Shown piece by piece: positions 9,232-20,227 of a stretch of 64,000 nt of DNA (its first letter is position 1; each line of letters begins with the position of its first letter). Source of the stretch: Candidatus Methylomirabilota bacterium (GTDB lineage: Bacteria; Methylomirabilota; Methylomirabilia; Rokubacteriales; CSP1-6); assembly GCA_036506275.1 (NCBI GenBank), contig DASXSB010000014.1:2402-66401 (forward strand), written 5' to 3'. The notes under the pieces are model-generated. The model saw only the letters and a program-made list of their open reading frames with translations, did not search any database and was not told the origin of the DNA. Position numbers and translations under genes: made by a program.

Positions 9232-11529
9232 TCACCCCGCCACTCCCGCACCACCGGCGTACGCCTTCAGCGCCTTCAGGACTTTCGGCGGCGACATCGG
9301 CAGCTCGGTGAAACGGATGCCCGTCGCGTTCTCCATGGCATTGGCGATGGCGCCGAGCGGCGGCACGATGGGCGTCTCGCCCACTCCACGCACGCCGTAC
9401 GGATGCCGCGGGTTCGCGACCTCCACCAGGATGGCGTCGATCATGGGCACGTCGGACGCCACCGGCATCCGGTAGTCGAGGAAGCCGGCGTTCTGGAGCT
9501 TGCCGTCGCTGCCGTAGATGTACTCCTCGTTCAGCGCCCACCCGATGCCCTGCACGGCGCCGCCCTGGAACTGGCCCTCCACGTACGCCGGGTGAAGCGC
9601 GCGCCCGGCGTCCTGGGCGACGGTGTAGCGCAGGATCGTGACGCGCCCGGTCTCGGGATCGACCTCGAGGTCGACCAGGTGCGTGCCGAGGCTCGGACCC
9701 GCGCCCTGGGCGTTGATGCGGCCGTAGCCGCCGATGGGCCCGCCCGTCTTGCCCGCCACCTTCGCGAAATCCGCGATCGACATCGGCTTCACCTTCTCCG
9801 CGAGGGCGCCGAGCGGGCGCACGAGGCCGCTCGCGAACTCGACCTGATCCGGCTTGGCGTCCCACAGCTTGCAGGCGCGCGCGCACAGCTCCTGCTTGAT
9901 CTGCTTGGCGGCCTCCACGATGGCCATCGAGCCCGAGAAGGCGGAGCGGCTGCCGCCGGTGAGGAAGTTGAATCCGAGCGAGCCCGTGTCGCCGATGATC
10001 GGACGCACCTTGTCGTAGGGGATGCCGAGCTCGTCGGCGGCGACCATGGAAAGCGATGCGCGCAGCCCGCCGATGTCCGGCGTGCCCGCCATCAGCGACA
10101 CCGTGCCGTCCTCGTTGATCGTGAGCGACGCGCACGTCTCGCCGCCGATGTTGAACCAGAAGCCGGAGGCGACGCCGCGCCCCTGCCACTTCCGGAGCGG
10201 CGTGTTCCAGTGCTCGGTCTTCTTGATGGAGTTGAGCGTCTCCTCGAGGCCGATGGGACCGAACTTTGGCCCGTAGGCCGCCTTCGTCCCTTCCCGCGCC
10301 GCGTTCATCATGCGCAGCTCGATGGGATCGAGCCCGAGCTTCTTGGCGATCTCGTCCACGACGCTCTCGACCGCGAACTCCGAGATCGGCGCCCCCGGCG
10401 CGCGATACGCCGCCACCTTGGGCCGGTTGGAGACGACGTCGTAGCCGATGACCTTCACGTTCTCGATGTCGTAGGGGGCATACGCGCACATCACGCCGGG
10501 CTGGACGGGCGAGCCCTGGAAGGCGCCCGCCTGGTACTTGAGCTCGGCGAAGGCGGCCACGAACTTGCCGTCCTTGGTGGCGCCCATCTTGACTCGCACG
10601 GTGGCGCCCGAGGTAGGACCGGAGGCCTTGAACACCTCCTCGCGCGACATCACCATCTTCACCGGGCGCTTGGCCTTGCGCGAGAGCGCGATGGCGAGCG
10701 GTTCCAGGTAGACGACGGTCTTGCCGCCGAAGCCGCCGCCGATCTCGGAGGCGGTGACGCGGATCTTGCCGATGTCGAGGCCGAGGAGGCGCGCGCAGTG
10801 CGCGCGCACGATGAAGTGGCCCTGGGTCGTGCACCAGAGCTCGGTGGACCCGTCCTCGGAGACGCTCGCGAGCGCCGCGTGCGGCTCGATGTAGCCCTGA
10901 TGGACCGGCTGCGTCTTGAACTCGCGCTCGACGATGACGTCGGCCTTCGCGAACCCGGCCTCGACGTCGCCGAGGCCGATCTCCACGCGCTTGGCGACGT
11001 TGGACGGTTTCTCCGGCTTCGGCTCCACGCCCGCCGTGAAGAGGTCCTCGTGGAGGAGGGGCGCGTCGGGGCGCATGGCTTCCACGACGTCGATCACGTG
11101 CGGCAGCACCTCGTAGGTCACGTCGATGAGCTTGAGGGCGCGGCGGGCGATGGCGGTGCTGGTGGCGGCGACGGCGGCCACGGCGTGGCCCTCGTAGAGC
11201 GCTTTCTCGCGGGCCATGACGTTCCGCACCACGTCCTTGTAGTTCATCATCATCTCGCCGGCGGGGATGAACTCGGAGGGCTGGTCGCCGAAGTCGTCAC
11301 GCGTGACGACGGCCTTCACGCCGGGGAGCGCCTCCGCCTTCGACGTGTCGATCGAAACGATGCGAGCGTGGGGATGCGGGCTGCGCAGCACGCGACCGTG
11401 GAGCTGCCCGGGCAGATTGAAGTCGGCGCCGAAGCGCGCGCGGCCCGTCACCTTGTCCACCCCGTCCGGCCGGATGGTGCGCGTTCCGACGTACGTCTGC
11501 CCGTGCCCGTTCGTCTGCGTCTCGGCCAT
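9232..11529 (-). CDS. Xanthine dehydrogenase/aldehyde oxidase-family molybdopterin-binding large subunit (CoxL-like)
   Basis: Start at ATG 11529 (MAETQTNGHG..); 765 aa. IRPDGVDKVTGRARFGADF and VAAYRAPGAP motifs. The track ORF is extended upstream through coxS in another frame. Confidence 0.92.
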   Translation of the reverse strand: MAETQTNGHGQTYVGTRTIRPDGVDKVTGRARFGADFNLPGQLHGRVLRSPHPHARIVSIDTSKAEALPGVKAVVTRDDFGDQPSEFIPAGEMMMNYKDVVRNVMAREKALYEGHAVAAVAATSTAIARRALKLIDVTYEVLPHVIDVVEAMRPDAPLLHEDLFTAGVEPKPEKPSNVAKRVEIGLGDVEAGFAKADVIVEREFKTQPVHQGYIEPHAALASVSEDGSTELWCTTQGHFIVRAHCARLLGLDIGKIRVTASEIGGGFGGKTVVYLEPLAIALSRKAKRPVKMVMSREEVFKASGPTSGATVRVKMGATKDGKFVAAFAELKYQAGAFQGSPVQPGVMCAYAPYDIENVKVIGYDVVSNRPKVAAYRAPGAPISEFAVESVVDEIAKKLGLDPIELRMMNAAREGTKAAYGPKFGPIGLEETLNSIKKTEHWNTPLRKWQGRGVASGFWFNIGGETCASLTINEDGTVSLMAGTPDIGGLRASLSMVAADELGIPYDKVRPIIGDTGSLGFNFLTGGSRSAFSGSMAIVEAAKQIKQELCARACKLWDAKPDQVEFASGLVRPLGALAEKVKPMSIADFAKVAGKTGGPIGGYGRINAQGAGPSLGTHLVDLEVDPETGRVTILRYTVAQDAGRALHPAYVEGQFQGGAVQGIGWALNEEYIYGSDGKLQNAGFLDYRMPVASDVPMIDAILVEVANPRHPYGVRGVGETPIVPPLGAIANAMENATGIRFTELPMSPPKVLKALKAYAGGAGVAG

Positions 11530-11531
11530 GG

Positions 11532-12008
11532 CTATCCCTTTCTCAGCGTCGCGGCGGCGTCCTGCACCGCGGTCACGATCTTGTCGTAGCCCGTGCATCG
11601 GCACAGGTTGCCGGCCAGCCAGTAGCGGATCTCCGTCTCCGACGGCTCCGGGTTCTTCTCGAGGAGCGCCTTCGAGGCGACCAGGAAGCCGGGCGTGCAG
11701 ATCCCGCACTGGAGAGCGGCGTGCTCGAGGAATTTCTGCTGCAAGGGATGGAGCGCGTCGCCGGGCGCCATGCCCTCGATCGTCTCGATGCGGAGCCCCC
11801 CGACCTCGCAGCCCAGCACGAGGCACGCGCACACGAGGCGGCCGTCGAGCATCACGCTGCACGCTCCGCAGTCGCCGGAGGCGCAGCCCTCCTTGCTGCC
11901 GGTCAGCTGGAGCGTGTCGCGGAGCACGTCGAGGAGCGTGTCCTCCGTCTCGCAGAGGAACTCCACGGCGTCCCCGTTCACCGTCGCTTCGATGTGGTGC
12001 TTGGCCAT
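11532..12008 (-). CDS. (2Fe-2S)-binding small subunit of the Mo hydroxylase (CoxS-like)
   Basis: CASGDCGACSV and CGICTPG..CRCTGY cluster motifs. Its ATG overlaps the coxM-like stop (ATGA). Confidence 0.95.
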   Translation of the reverse strand: MAKHHIEATVNGDAVEFLCETEDTLLDVLRDTLQLTGSKEGCASGDCGACSVMLDGRLVCACLVLGCEVGGLRIETIEGMAPGDALHPLQQKFLEHAALQCGICTPGFLVASKALLEKNPEPSETEIRYWLAGNLCRCTGYDKIVTAVQDAAATLRKG

Positions 12009-12868
12009 CAGCGCATCCTCGCTCGGTCCAGCGCGATGAGGGCGGCCCGGCGCGCGAGCACGCCCGCCACCTGGATACGGAATTCTACCGTACCGCGCTT
12101 GTCGTCGATCGGCACGCACACCGCTCGCGCCGCCGCCTCCAGCCGATCCTGGGCCGGCTTGTCGAGGCGGCTGCCGATGATGGCGTGCGCGGCTTCGCGC
12201 ACGAGCAGCACACGCGGCGCCACCGCCCCCAGCGAGACGCGCGCGGCCGTGATCGTACCCGCCTCGTCGACCGCGAGGCTCACGCCGGCGCCCACCACCG
12301 CGATGTCCATTTCCGTCCGCGGGATGAAACGGAGGTAGGCGTCGGCCGCGCGCGGGGGGCGCGGCGGCAGCAGGAAGGACACGACGAACTCGCCCTTCGT
12401 GAGCGCGAGCTTCCGCGGTCCGAGCATCACGTCCTCGACGGCGAGGTCCCGGCGGCCGCGGGGGCCGGCGAGGGTGGCGACGGCGCCGGCCGCGATCAGC
12501 GCCGGCACGCTGTCGGCGGCGGGCGACCCGTTGCAGAGGTTGCCGCCGAGGGTTGCGCGTCCCTGCACCTGCGTGGACCCGATGAGGTTCGCGGCTTCCA
12601 CCACGCCCGGCCAGACCTGCTTCAAGCGCGGGTGCTCCTTGAGCTCGGCGCCCGTCACCGCGGCCCCGATCCGGAAGCCGCCGCCCTCCTCCGTAACTCG
12701 CCGGGTCTCTGCGATTTTCTTGATGTCGACGATCAGCGTGGGATCGACGATGTCACTGCGAAGCTGGACGAGGAGATCGGTGCCTCCTGCCAGCACGCGC
12801 ACGTCGCCTGCGGTTCCCGCGAGCAACGCGGCCACCCCTTCCACGGTATCAGGAGCCTCGTATCGCAT
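12008..12868 (-). CDS. FAD-binding medium subunit of the Mo hydroxylase (CoxM-like)
   Basis: 286 aa with the N-terminal VLAGGTDLLVQL FAD-binding pattern. First gene of the M-S-L operon. Confidence 0.92.
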   Translation of the reverse strand: MRYEAPDTVEGVAALLAGTAGDVRVLAGGTDLLVQLRSDIVDPTLIVDIKKIAETRRVTEEGGGFRIGAAVTGAELKEHPRLKQVWPGVVEAANLIGSTQVQGRATLGGNLCNGSPAADSVPALIAAGAVATLAGPRGRRDLAVEDVMLGPRKLALTKGEFVVSFLLPPRPPRAADAYLRFIPRTEMDIAVVGAGVSLAVDEAGTITAARVSLGAVAPRVLLVREAAHAIIGSRLDKPAQDRLEAAARAVCVPIDDKRGTVEFRIQVAGVLARRAALIALDRARMR

Positions 12869-12964
12869 CAGCGGTCGTTCCTCGCTCGTCCTGAATGGTC
12901 GTTCATGTCCCGGAGCATGACGACGGTTCCGGTTCCTGTCAATCGGGCCGCGCCCGCGCGAACG

Positions 12965-15208
12965 CTAATCGCGCGGTGGTGGCGACGGTCGCGCGGCCAC
13001 GCTCGCCACGATCGTCGTGAGCTCGGCAGGATCCACGGGCTTCGGCACGTGCATGCTGTAGCCCGCCGTCAGCGAGAGCATCCGATCCTGAATTCGTCCG
13101 TACGCGGTCACGGCGACGGCGGGAATCCGCCCGCCGCGTTCCGAGTCGAGGGCGCGGATCTTCCTGATGAGCGAATAGCCGTCCTCGCCGGGCATCTCGA
13201 TGTCGGACACGAGCACGTGTGGCCGCCATTCCGGGACGACAACGAGCGCTTCGGCGGCGGACCGACAGCTCCTGACGCTGGCCCCGGCGCCGGTGAGGAT
13301 GGCGCCCGCGAGGTCGAGGGCGTCGGGATCGTCGTCGACCACCAGCACGCGCAGACCGTCGAGACGAACGCCCGCTACCGACGCCGGCAATGACTCCGCC
13401 GTCGGATGGACGCGCGCGAGCGCGGCGGGAAGCTGCGCGATGGTGACGGGGAGCTTCACGACGAACGTCGCGCCCTGACCCGGGCCCGCGCTGTGGGCGA
13501 CCACGGTACCGCCGTGCAGCTCGACGAGGTACTTGACGAGCGCCAGGCCAAGTCCGAGACCGGCGTGCGCGCGCGTGGTCGAGCTGTCGGCCTGCCGGAA
13601 GCGGTCGAAGATGAAGGGCAGGATGTCGGCCGCGATGCCTTCGCCCGTGTCGCTCACGGCGATCTCGACGTGCGAGTTGACGCGCCGCAGGTGAACCTCG
13701 ACCCGACCGCCCTTGGGCGTGAACTTCACGGCGTTCGCGAGCAAGTTCCAGACGACTTGCTGGAGCCGGGAGGGATCGCCGGTGGTGGGACCGGCGCGCG
13801 GATCGAGCAATTTCTGGAGCCGGACGCCTTTGGCCTCGGCGGCGGGGCGAATCGCATCGAGAGACGCCTCGATGACCGCCTGGAGATCGACGGACTGGAC
13901 GTCGAGACGCATCTTTCCCGTGACGACCCGGGAGACGTCGAGGAGGTCGTCGATCAAGTGCACCTGCGCGTCGGCGTTCCGGATGATGGCGTCGAGCGCC
14001 CGCTCTGCGCCGTCCCGGCTCGTTTGACCGGCGCGCAGCATTCGCGCCCAGCCGTACACGGCGTTGAGCGGCGTGCGTAGCTCGTGGGAGAGAATCGCGA
14101 GGAACTGGTCCTTGGCGCGGCCGGCCGCCTCCGCCGCCTCGCGCGCATGCTGCTCCTTGCGCAGCAGCTCCTCGCGCTGAGCGGCGGCGGCGAGCAAGGC
14201 GTCGGCGACCTCGCGGATCTCCTGGATCGAGGTGGCCGGGGACTTCAACGTCTCGCCCCGGCCCAGCGCGTGCGCGACGGCGCGCAGCTCGCTGATCGGA
14301 TGGGCGATGCTGCGGGCGATCACGATGGCGGCGAGCGCGCCGAGGACGATCGACAGCAGAATCCCGCCGCCGTAGGCGGCGAAGGAACGCAACGCGGCGC
14401 CCTCCACGAGGGCGGCGGGAATGCCGGGGGCGGCGGTCCAGCCGCTCTCCTTCAGCCGGCTGAACGACGTGTAGAGCCGGTCGCCCTCGAGGCTGAAGGT
14501 CTGGCCGACACCTTCGTCGGCGCCGCTGGCCATGAGCTTCTGCAGGGAGACGGCCGCCTGCCCACCGAGAGTCTCGCGATGGGCGCGAGAGCGCGCCACC
14601 CTCAGGCCGTTGGCGTCGAAGATGGAAATGACCCAGTCGTCGGGCACGCGCTGGCGCTTGACAACGTCGAGGACTTCGTCGGGATTGACGATCGCGCTCA
14701 AGACGTAGCGCAGCTCGCCGTCTCGGATGACGGGAACCCGCACGGGAAAGGCCAGGCTCCCGTCGACCGACCGTGCGAGGTTGCCGACGGCGGGGGCCCG
14801 CGTGCGCGCCACGACCTCGAAGCTCTTCGCCTCCACGAGAGGCCGCGACGGCACGTTGCCGGGGAAGCGTGTGTCGGCAACGCGGTTGCCGGCGGGATCG
14901 GTGAGGGTCACCGCCAGCCAGTGCGGCTGCGTCCGGAGCACGCGCTGGGCGCGCTCCCGGAAGCCGGCGACATCGTTCCGATCGAGCGTCAAGGTGGTGG
15001 CGAGCGATTCGAGAACCGAGACCGAGCTGCGCAGCTCGGCATCGACAGCGGTGGCAAGGGCGCGCGCCAGCTCCAGAGTCACGCGCTCCGCCCGGACCCG
15101 CTGCTGCTGGAGCAGGAGGTAGAGTCCAACGCCCGACATCGCGGCAATCGGTATGATTGCCGCAGCAGCGAGAAGGAAGAGCCTCCGGCGAAGGGGGACT
15201 CCTAGCAT
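12965..15208 (-). CDS. Hybrid sensor histidine kinase/response regulator with a periplasmic Cache-like sensor domain
   Basis: Start at ATG 15208. Two TM segments flank a roughly 290-aa periplasmic domain. HAMP, H-box FLAILSHELRTPLNAV, HATPase, and C-terminal REC (VLVVDDDPD..DIEMPGEDG). Confidence 0.9.
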   Translation of the reverse strand: MLGVPLRRRLFLLAAAAIIPIAAMSGVGLYLLLQQQRVRAERVTLELARALATAVDAELRSSVSVLESLATTLTLDRNDVAGFRERAQRVLRTQPHWLAVTLTDPAGNRVADTRFPGNVPSRPLVEAKSFEVVARTRAPAVGNLARSVDGSLAFPVRVPVIRDGELRYVLSAIVNPDEVLDVVKRQRVPDDWVISIFDANGLRVARSRAHRETLGGQAAVSLQKLMASGADEGVGQTFSLEGDRLYTSFSRLKESGWTAAPGIPAALVEGAALRSFAAYGGGILLSIVLGALAAIVIARSIAHPISELRAVAHALGRGETLKSPATSIQEIREVADALLAAAAQREELLRKEQHAREAAEAAGRAKDQFLAILSHELRTPLNAVYGWARMLRAGQTSRDGAERALDAIIRNADAQVHLIDDLLDVSRVVTGKMRLDVQSVDLQAVIEASLDAIRPAAEAKGVRLQKLLDPRAGPTTGDPSRLQQVVWNLLANAVKFTPKGGRVEVHLRRVNSHVEIAVSDTGEGIAADILPFIFDRFRQADSSTTRAHAGLGLGLALVKYLVELHGGTVVAHSAGPGQGATFVVKLPVTIAQLPAALARVHPTAESLPASVAGVRLDGLRVLVVDDDPDALDLAGAILTGAGASVRSCRSAAEALVVVPEWRPHVLVSDIEMPGEDGYSLIRKIRALDSERGGRIPAVAVTAYGRIQDRMLSLTAGYSMHVPKPVDPAELTTIVASVAARPSPPPRD

Positions 15209-15269
15209 TGGGTCCGCGCTCGACCATTTTCGCCGGTGGGTAGGTGATGTCAAGGAGGCCGCCGTCGTC

Positions 15270-16388
<1,119 letters not shown>

Positions 16389-17680
16389 TCGGGCTCCGGC
16401 GACTCCGCGGGCGGGCGCTCGCCTTCGGGGACGTGACGGAGATTGACCCGGATGCGCGTCCACGTGGTCGAGCGGCCTCGCATCGAATCCACGAGGACGT
16501 CGTCGACGTGGAGCCGCGCCGCCGCTTGCGGATGCCGCGCCTTCCAGCGTTCGAGCCCGGCGAGCGCGTCGGCTTTCTGCGCCGCCTTCGCGACCGTGAC
16601 GACCGTCGGCGTCGCTCGCCGGCGAGCGGCGCCCTCGCTGCGGGCGCCCTCGCGGCCGCCAGCGGTCGCCTTCCGGCGTGACGGCGCCACCCGGGGCGGC
16701 TCGTCGCGCTGCTTCTTGTAGTGCGGCGGCCACGGGGCATCGCCGAGTCCCGCCGCTTCCTGCGCCGCCGCCAGCGTGAGCAGCCCGTCCAGTGATCCCG
16801 CCGCGGCGTCGATGCCGGCGGCGGCGTCGCCCCGCGCCGTGAACCGCGCGGGCGCGGTCGTGAGCGTGAACGCGGCCGGATCGCAGCCGGCCACCTCGTC
16901 CCACGCGAGTGGCATCGACACGCGGGCGTCGGGCGTCGGTCGCACCGACCACGCCGACGCCACTGTGCGGTCCTTGGCGTTCTGGTTGTAGTCGAGGAAG
17001 ACGCCGTGCCGTTCCTCCTTCCACCACTTGCTGCTCGCGCGATCTGGCGCGCGCCGCTCCACTTCGCGGGCGAGCGCCAGCGCCGCCCGCCGCACGTCGT
17101 CGAAGCCCCAGCGGCGCTCGACGCGCACGTTGACGTGCATGCCGCGTGACCCCGAGGTCTTGGGCCAGCCGACGAGACCGTGCTCCCGAAGGACGTCGCG
17201 CACGAGCAGCGTGACGTGCCGCACGTCGTCCCAGCTCACGCCGGGACCGGGATCGAGATCGACGCGCAGCTCGTCGGGATGCTCCAGATCCTCCGCGCGC
17301 ACCGGGTGGGGATTGAGGTCGATGCATCCGAGGTTCACGATCCAGAGGAGCTGCGCGGCATCGCGCACGACGATCTCGCGCGCCGTTCGTCCGGACGGAA
17401 AGCGCAGCTCCACCGTGTCCACCCACGGCGGCCGCGACTCCGGGGCGCGCTTCTGGAAGAACGGCTCGCCCTCGGCCCCGTCCACGTAGCGCTTGAGCAC
17501 GATCGGCCGGCCCGCGATGCCGCGCAGCGCGCCGTCGGCGACGGCCGCGTAGTACCGTGCGAGGTCGAGCTTCGTGTGGCCGGTTTGCGGAAAGAAGACC
17601 TTGTCGGGGTTGGTGATCGGAACCTCACGCCCCGCCGCCTCGATCACGGTCTCCGCCGCCTTTCCCACGGCGACAGTGTC

Positions 17681-19330
17681 TCACCGTACCGCCGCCGCCG
17701 TTTCCGCGAGGACGGTGTGGAGCTGCGCCACCACCGCCGCCCCCTCGCCGATGGCGGCGCCCACCCGCTTCACCGATTCCGCGCGGACGTCACCCACCGC
17801 GAACACGCCCGGGATGCTGGATTCGAGCGGCAGCGGCCGGGGGGCGTGACCGTCTGAACCTGTGCGGATGAAGCCCTTGGCGTCGAGGGCGATGCCGCAG
17901 TCCCGCAGCCACTCCGTGGCGGGATCGGCGCCGATGAACAGAAAGACGTTCCGGATCGGCAGGTCGGCGACGTCGCCGGTGTGGTCGCGGCGCCAGCGCA
18001 CGCGCTCCAGGTGCAATCCCGGCGTGCCGATCAGCTCCACGATCTCGGTCCGCGTCAGGACCTCGACGTTCGACGTGGCCTCGATGCGGTCGATGAGATA
18101 GCGCGACATCGAGGCGGCGAGGCCGTCGCCGCGGACCACGATCGACACGCGGGCGGCGAACGGGGACAGGAAGACGGCCGCCTGGCCCGCGGAATTGCCG
18201 CCGCCCACGAGCGCGACGTGCTGGTCGCGGCACAGCCGCGCCTCGATCGGCGAGGCCCAGTACCAGATGCCGCGGCCCTCGAACGCCTCCAGATTGGCGA
18301 GGGCGGGACGCCGATAGCGCGCGCCGCTCGCCACCACGGCCGTGCGCGCCTTCACGCGGTGTCCATCGGCCAGCTCGAGGGCGAGGCACGCCTCGGAGCA
18401 GTGCAAGCGCACCACCTGATCCGGGATCACCATCTCGGCGCCGAACTTCTGCGCCTGCACGTAGGCGCGGCCCATGAGATCTTGCCCCGACACGCCGGCG
18501 GGGAAGCCGAGGTAATTCTCGATGCGGGCGCTCGCCCCCGCCTGTCCGCCGAAGGCGACGGAGTCGACGACGATGACCGACAGTCCCTCGGAGGCCGCGT
18601 ACACCGCCGTCGCGAGGCCGGCGGGGCCTGCTCCCACCACCGCCACGTCATAGATGCGCTCGGGATGATCGATGCGCACCATGCCGAGACACCTCGCGAG
18701 CTCTCCCTCGCCCGGGTTTTTCAAGACGGATCCGTCCGCGCACACGACCAGAGGAAGATCCGACGGACGGGGCGCATACCGCTCGACGAGCGTTGCCGCC
18801 TCGTGATCGTCCGTGGGGTCGAGCACCTGATAGGGGAACGCGTTGCGAGCGAGGAATCCTTGCAGGCGCAGCACGTCGCGCCCGCCGGCGGGCCCGATGA
18901 GGACGGGACCGGCGCCCATCTCGATCAAGCCGACACGGCGAAGGATGAGCGCGCGTATGATTCGTTCGCCCATCTCGGCCTCGGCGATGAGCACGGTTCT
19001 CAGCGCGTCGGTCGGCACGAGCACGGTCTCGACGTCGGTCACGGCGCGGGCGTCCACGAAGGAAGGACGGCCCGAGAGCTGCCCGACCTCGGCCGTGAAG
19101 TCGCCGGGACCGGCATCGAGGATCGGCCGCACGGCACCGAGACCTTCGTGCCGGGTGATGGCGACGGTGCCCGAGAGGACGACGAACATCCCGGGGCTGA
19201 TCTCGCCCGCCCTGAACAGGAACGTCCCCGCCGGGTAGCGCCGCGCGCTGCCGTAGCGGCGGAGACGGTCGATCTCCGCCGCGCTGAATTTCGGGAACAT
19301 CTGCTCGCGTCGGGTCTCGAGAGTCGACAT
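17681..19330 (-). CDS. Cyclic-nucleotide-binding domain fused to a thioredoxin-reductase-like FAD/NAD(P) disulfide oxidoreductase
   Basis: The N-terminal 130 aa form a cNMP-binding fold (FRAGEISPGMFVVLSGTV). Then VAVVGAGPAGLATAVYAASEG, VALVGGGNSAGQAA and GVFAVGDVR motifs. Confidence 0.88.
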   Translation of the reverse strand: MSTLETRREQMFPKFSAAEIDRLRRYGSARRYPAGTFLFRAGEISPGMFVVLSGTVAITRHEGLGAVRPILDAGPGDFTAEVGQLSGRPSFVDARAVTDVETVLVPTDALRTVLIAEAEMGERIIRALILRRVGLIEMGAGPVLIGPAGGRDVLRLQGFLARNAFPYQVLDPTDDHEAATLVERYAPRPSDLPLVVCADGSVLKNPGEGELARCLGMVRIDHPERIYDVAVVGAGPAGLATAVYAASEGLSVIVVDSVAFGGQAGASARIENYLGFPAGVSGQDLMGRAYVQAQKFGAEMVIPDQVVRLHCSEACLALELADGHRVKARTAVVASGARYRRPALANLEAFEGRGIWYWASPIEARLCRDQHVALVGGGNSAGQAAVFLSPFAARVSIVVRGDGLAASMSRYLIDRIEATSNVEVLTRTEIVELIGTPGLHLERVRWRRDHTGDVADLPIRNVFLFIGADPATEWLRDCGIALDAKGFIRTGSDGHAPRPLPLESSIPGVFAVGDVRAESVKRVGAAIGEGAAVVAQLHTVLAETAAAVR

Positions 19331-19463
19331 GTCGGCGCTCCTTCGCGTGCACGCTCGTCGCTCGCGGTCGCTCTCGGCGCGCGAGACGGCGGACGGCGCA
19401 CGGAGATGGTACAGGCGTTCGAGGGTGGCCGCGCGCGGAGGGCCGAGCGGCGCCGGCGCTCCG

Positions 19464-19492
19464 TTGACTATGCTTCGCAGAGCAGGTATGGT
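19464..19492 (+). promoter_or_regulatory. Sigma-70-like promoter TTGACT-N17-TATGGT facing the modE-like operon
   Basis: TTGACT at 19464-19469, 17-nt spacer, TATGGT at 19487-19492. Sequence match only. Confidence 0.4.
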
Positions 19493-19619
19493 CCGAGACG
19501 TCTCCTCCGGCCTTCCCGGAAGCGATCACATGCCACCACGGACCGATGACGACGCGAGGACTCGACGCCGGGGGGGCGGTGCCCGGAGGCGGACATCATC
19601 GCGCCGCTCTCGGAATCCG

Positions 19620-19952
19620 ATGAAGCCCAAGGTCAAGCTGTGGGTGGCGTTCGGCGAAACCCTCAAATTCGGAGATGGTCGGGCGCGACTGCTGGAGCGG
19701 ATCGGAGAGCGCGGCTCGCTGCAGAAAGCGGCCGACGACTTCGAGATGTCGTACCGCAACGCGTGGGGATATCTCGGTGAGCTCGAGCGCGGCGCCGGCT
19801 TCAAGTTCGTCCAGCGGACGGCGGGGGGCGGGCCCGCGAGCGGGATGCGGCTGACCGACGACGCGCGACGTTTTCTCGCGCGCTACTGGAAATTTCGCGA
19901 GGCCATCGAGCGGGCGGTGAAGCACGAGTTCGCGCGAACGTTTCACCGGTGA
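19620..19952 (+). CDS. ModE N-terminal-domain-like winged-helix regulator (no fused Mop domains)
   Basis: Start chosen at ATG 19620. GRARLLERIGERGSLQKAADDFEMSYRNAWGYL matches the ModE/LysR-type HTH pattern. An upstream ATG at 19530 would add an Arg-rich extension. Confidence 0.8.
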   Translation: MKPKVKLWVAFGETLKFGDGRARLLERIGERGSLQKAADDFEMSYRNAWGYLGELERGAGFKFVQRTAGGGPASGMRLTDDARRFLARYWKFREAIERAVKHEFARTFHR

Positions 19953-20016
19953 TCTACCCGCTCGGCGCGGGCGCGTTTCACCAGTGACGGGCCACGTCCG
20001 GACGGGAGAGGGGACG

Positions 20017-20226
20017 ATGAAGCTGAGTGCACGCAACGTGCTGAAGGGAAAGATTCTCGAGGTGAAGAAGGGCGCCACCACCGCTCACGTCCGGATCCAG
20101 CTCCCGGGCGGCGCCGTGGTGACGTCGTCCATCACCAACGAGGCGGTGGAGGAGCTGCGTCTCGCCGTCGGCGACGACGCCTATGCCGTCATCAAGGCGT
20201 CGGACGTGATGATCGCGCGCGACTGA
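20017..20226 (+). CDS. mop: Molybdenum-pterin-binding (Mop/TOBE) single-domain protein
   Basis: 69 aa; MKLSARNVLKGKILEVKKGATTAHVRIQL.. is a typical TOBE/Mop sequence. RBS gggagagggga. Confidence 0.85.
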   Translation: MKLSARNVLKGKILEVKKGATTAHVRIQLPGGAVVTSSITNEAVEELRLAVGDDAYAVIKASDVMIARD

Positions 20227-20227
20227 C

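Noticed and set aside
9232-12868. Calling the CoxMSL-like operon an aerobic carbon-monoxide dehydrogenase
   Set aside because: The large subunit shows VAAYRAPGAP rather than the form-I AYxCSFR active-site loop, and no coxDEFG accessory genes follow. It is kept as a generic Mo hydroxylase.
12869-12964. Imperfect hairpin gtcgttcatg..catgacgac between the kinase stop and the coxM-like start, as a terminator
   Set aside because: The stem contains a bulge, there is no U-tract, and the region must also hold the cox promoter. The evidence is too weak to annotate.
19493-19619. Possible Moco riboswitch in the leader of the modE/mop/modA/tupA operon (CCGAGA at 19493 could pair with TCTCGG near 19607)
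   Set aside because: The 5' arm lies at or upstream of the predicted transcription start. I cannot reproduce the conserved Moco-motif core from memory with confidence. cmsearch with Rfam RF01055 would be needed, and a hit above the gathering threshold would revive the idea.
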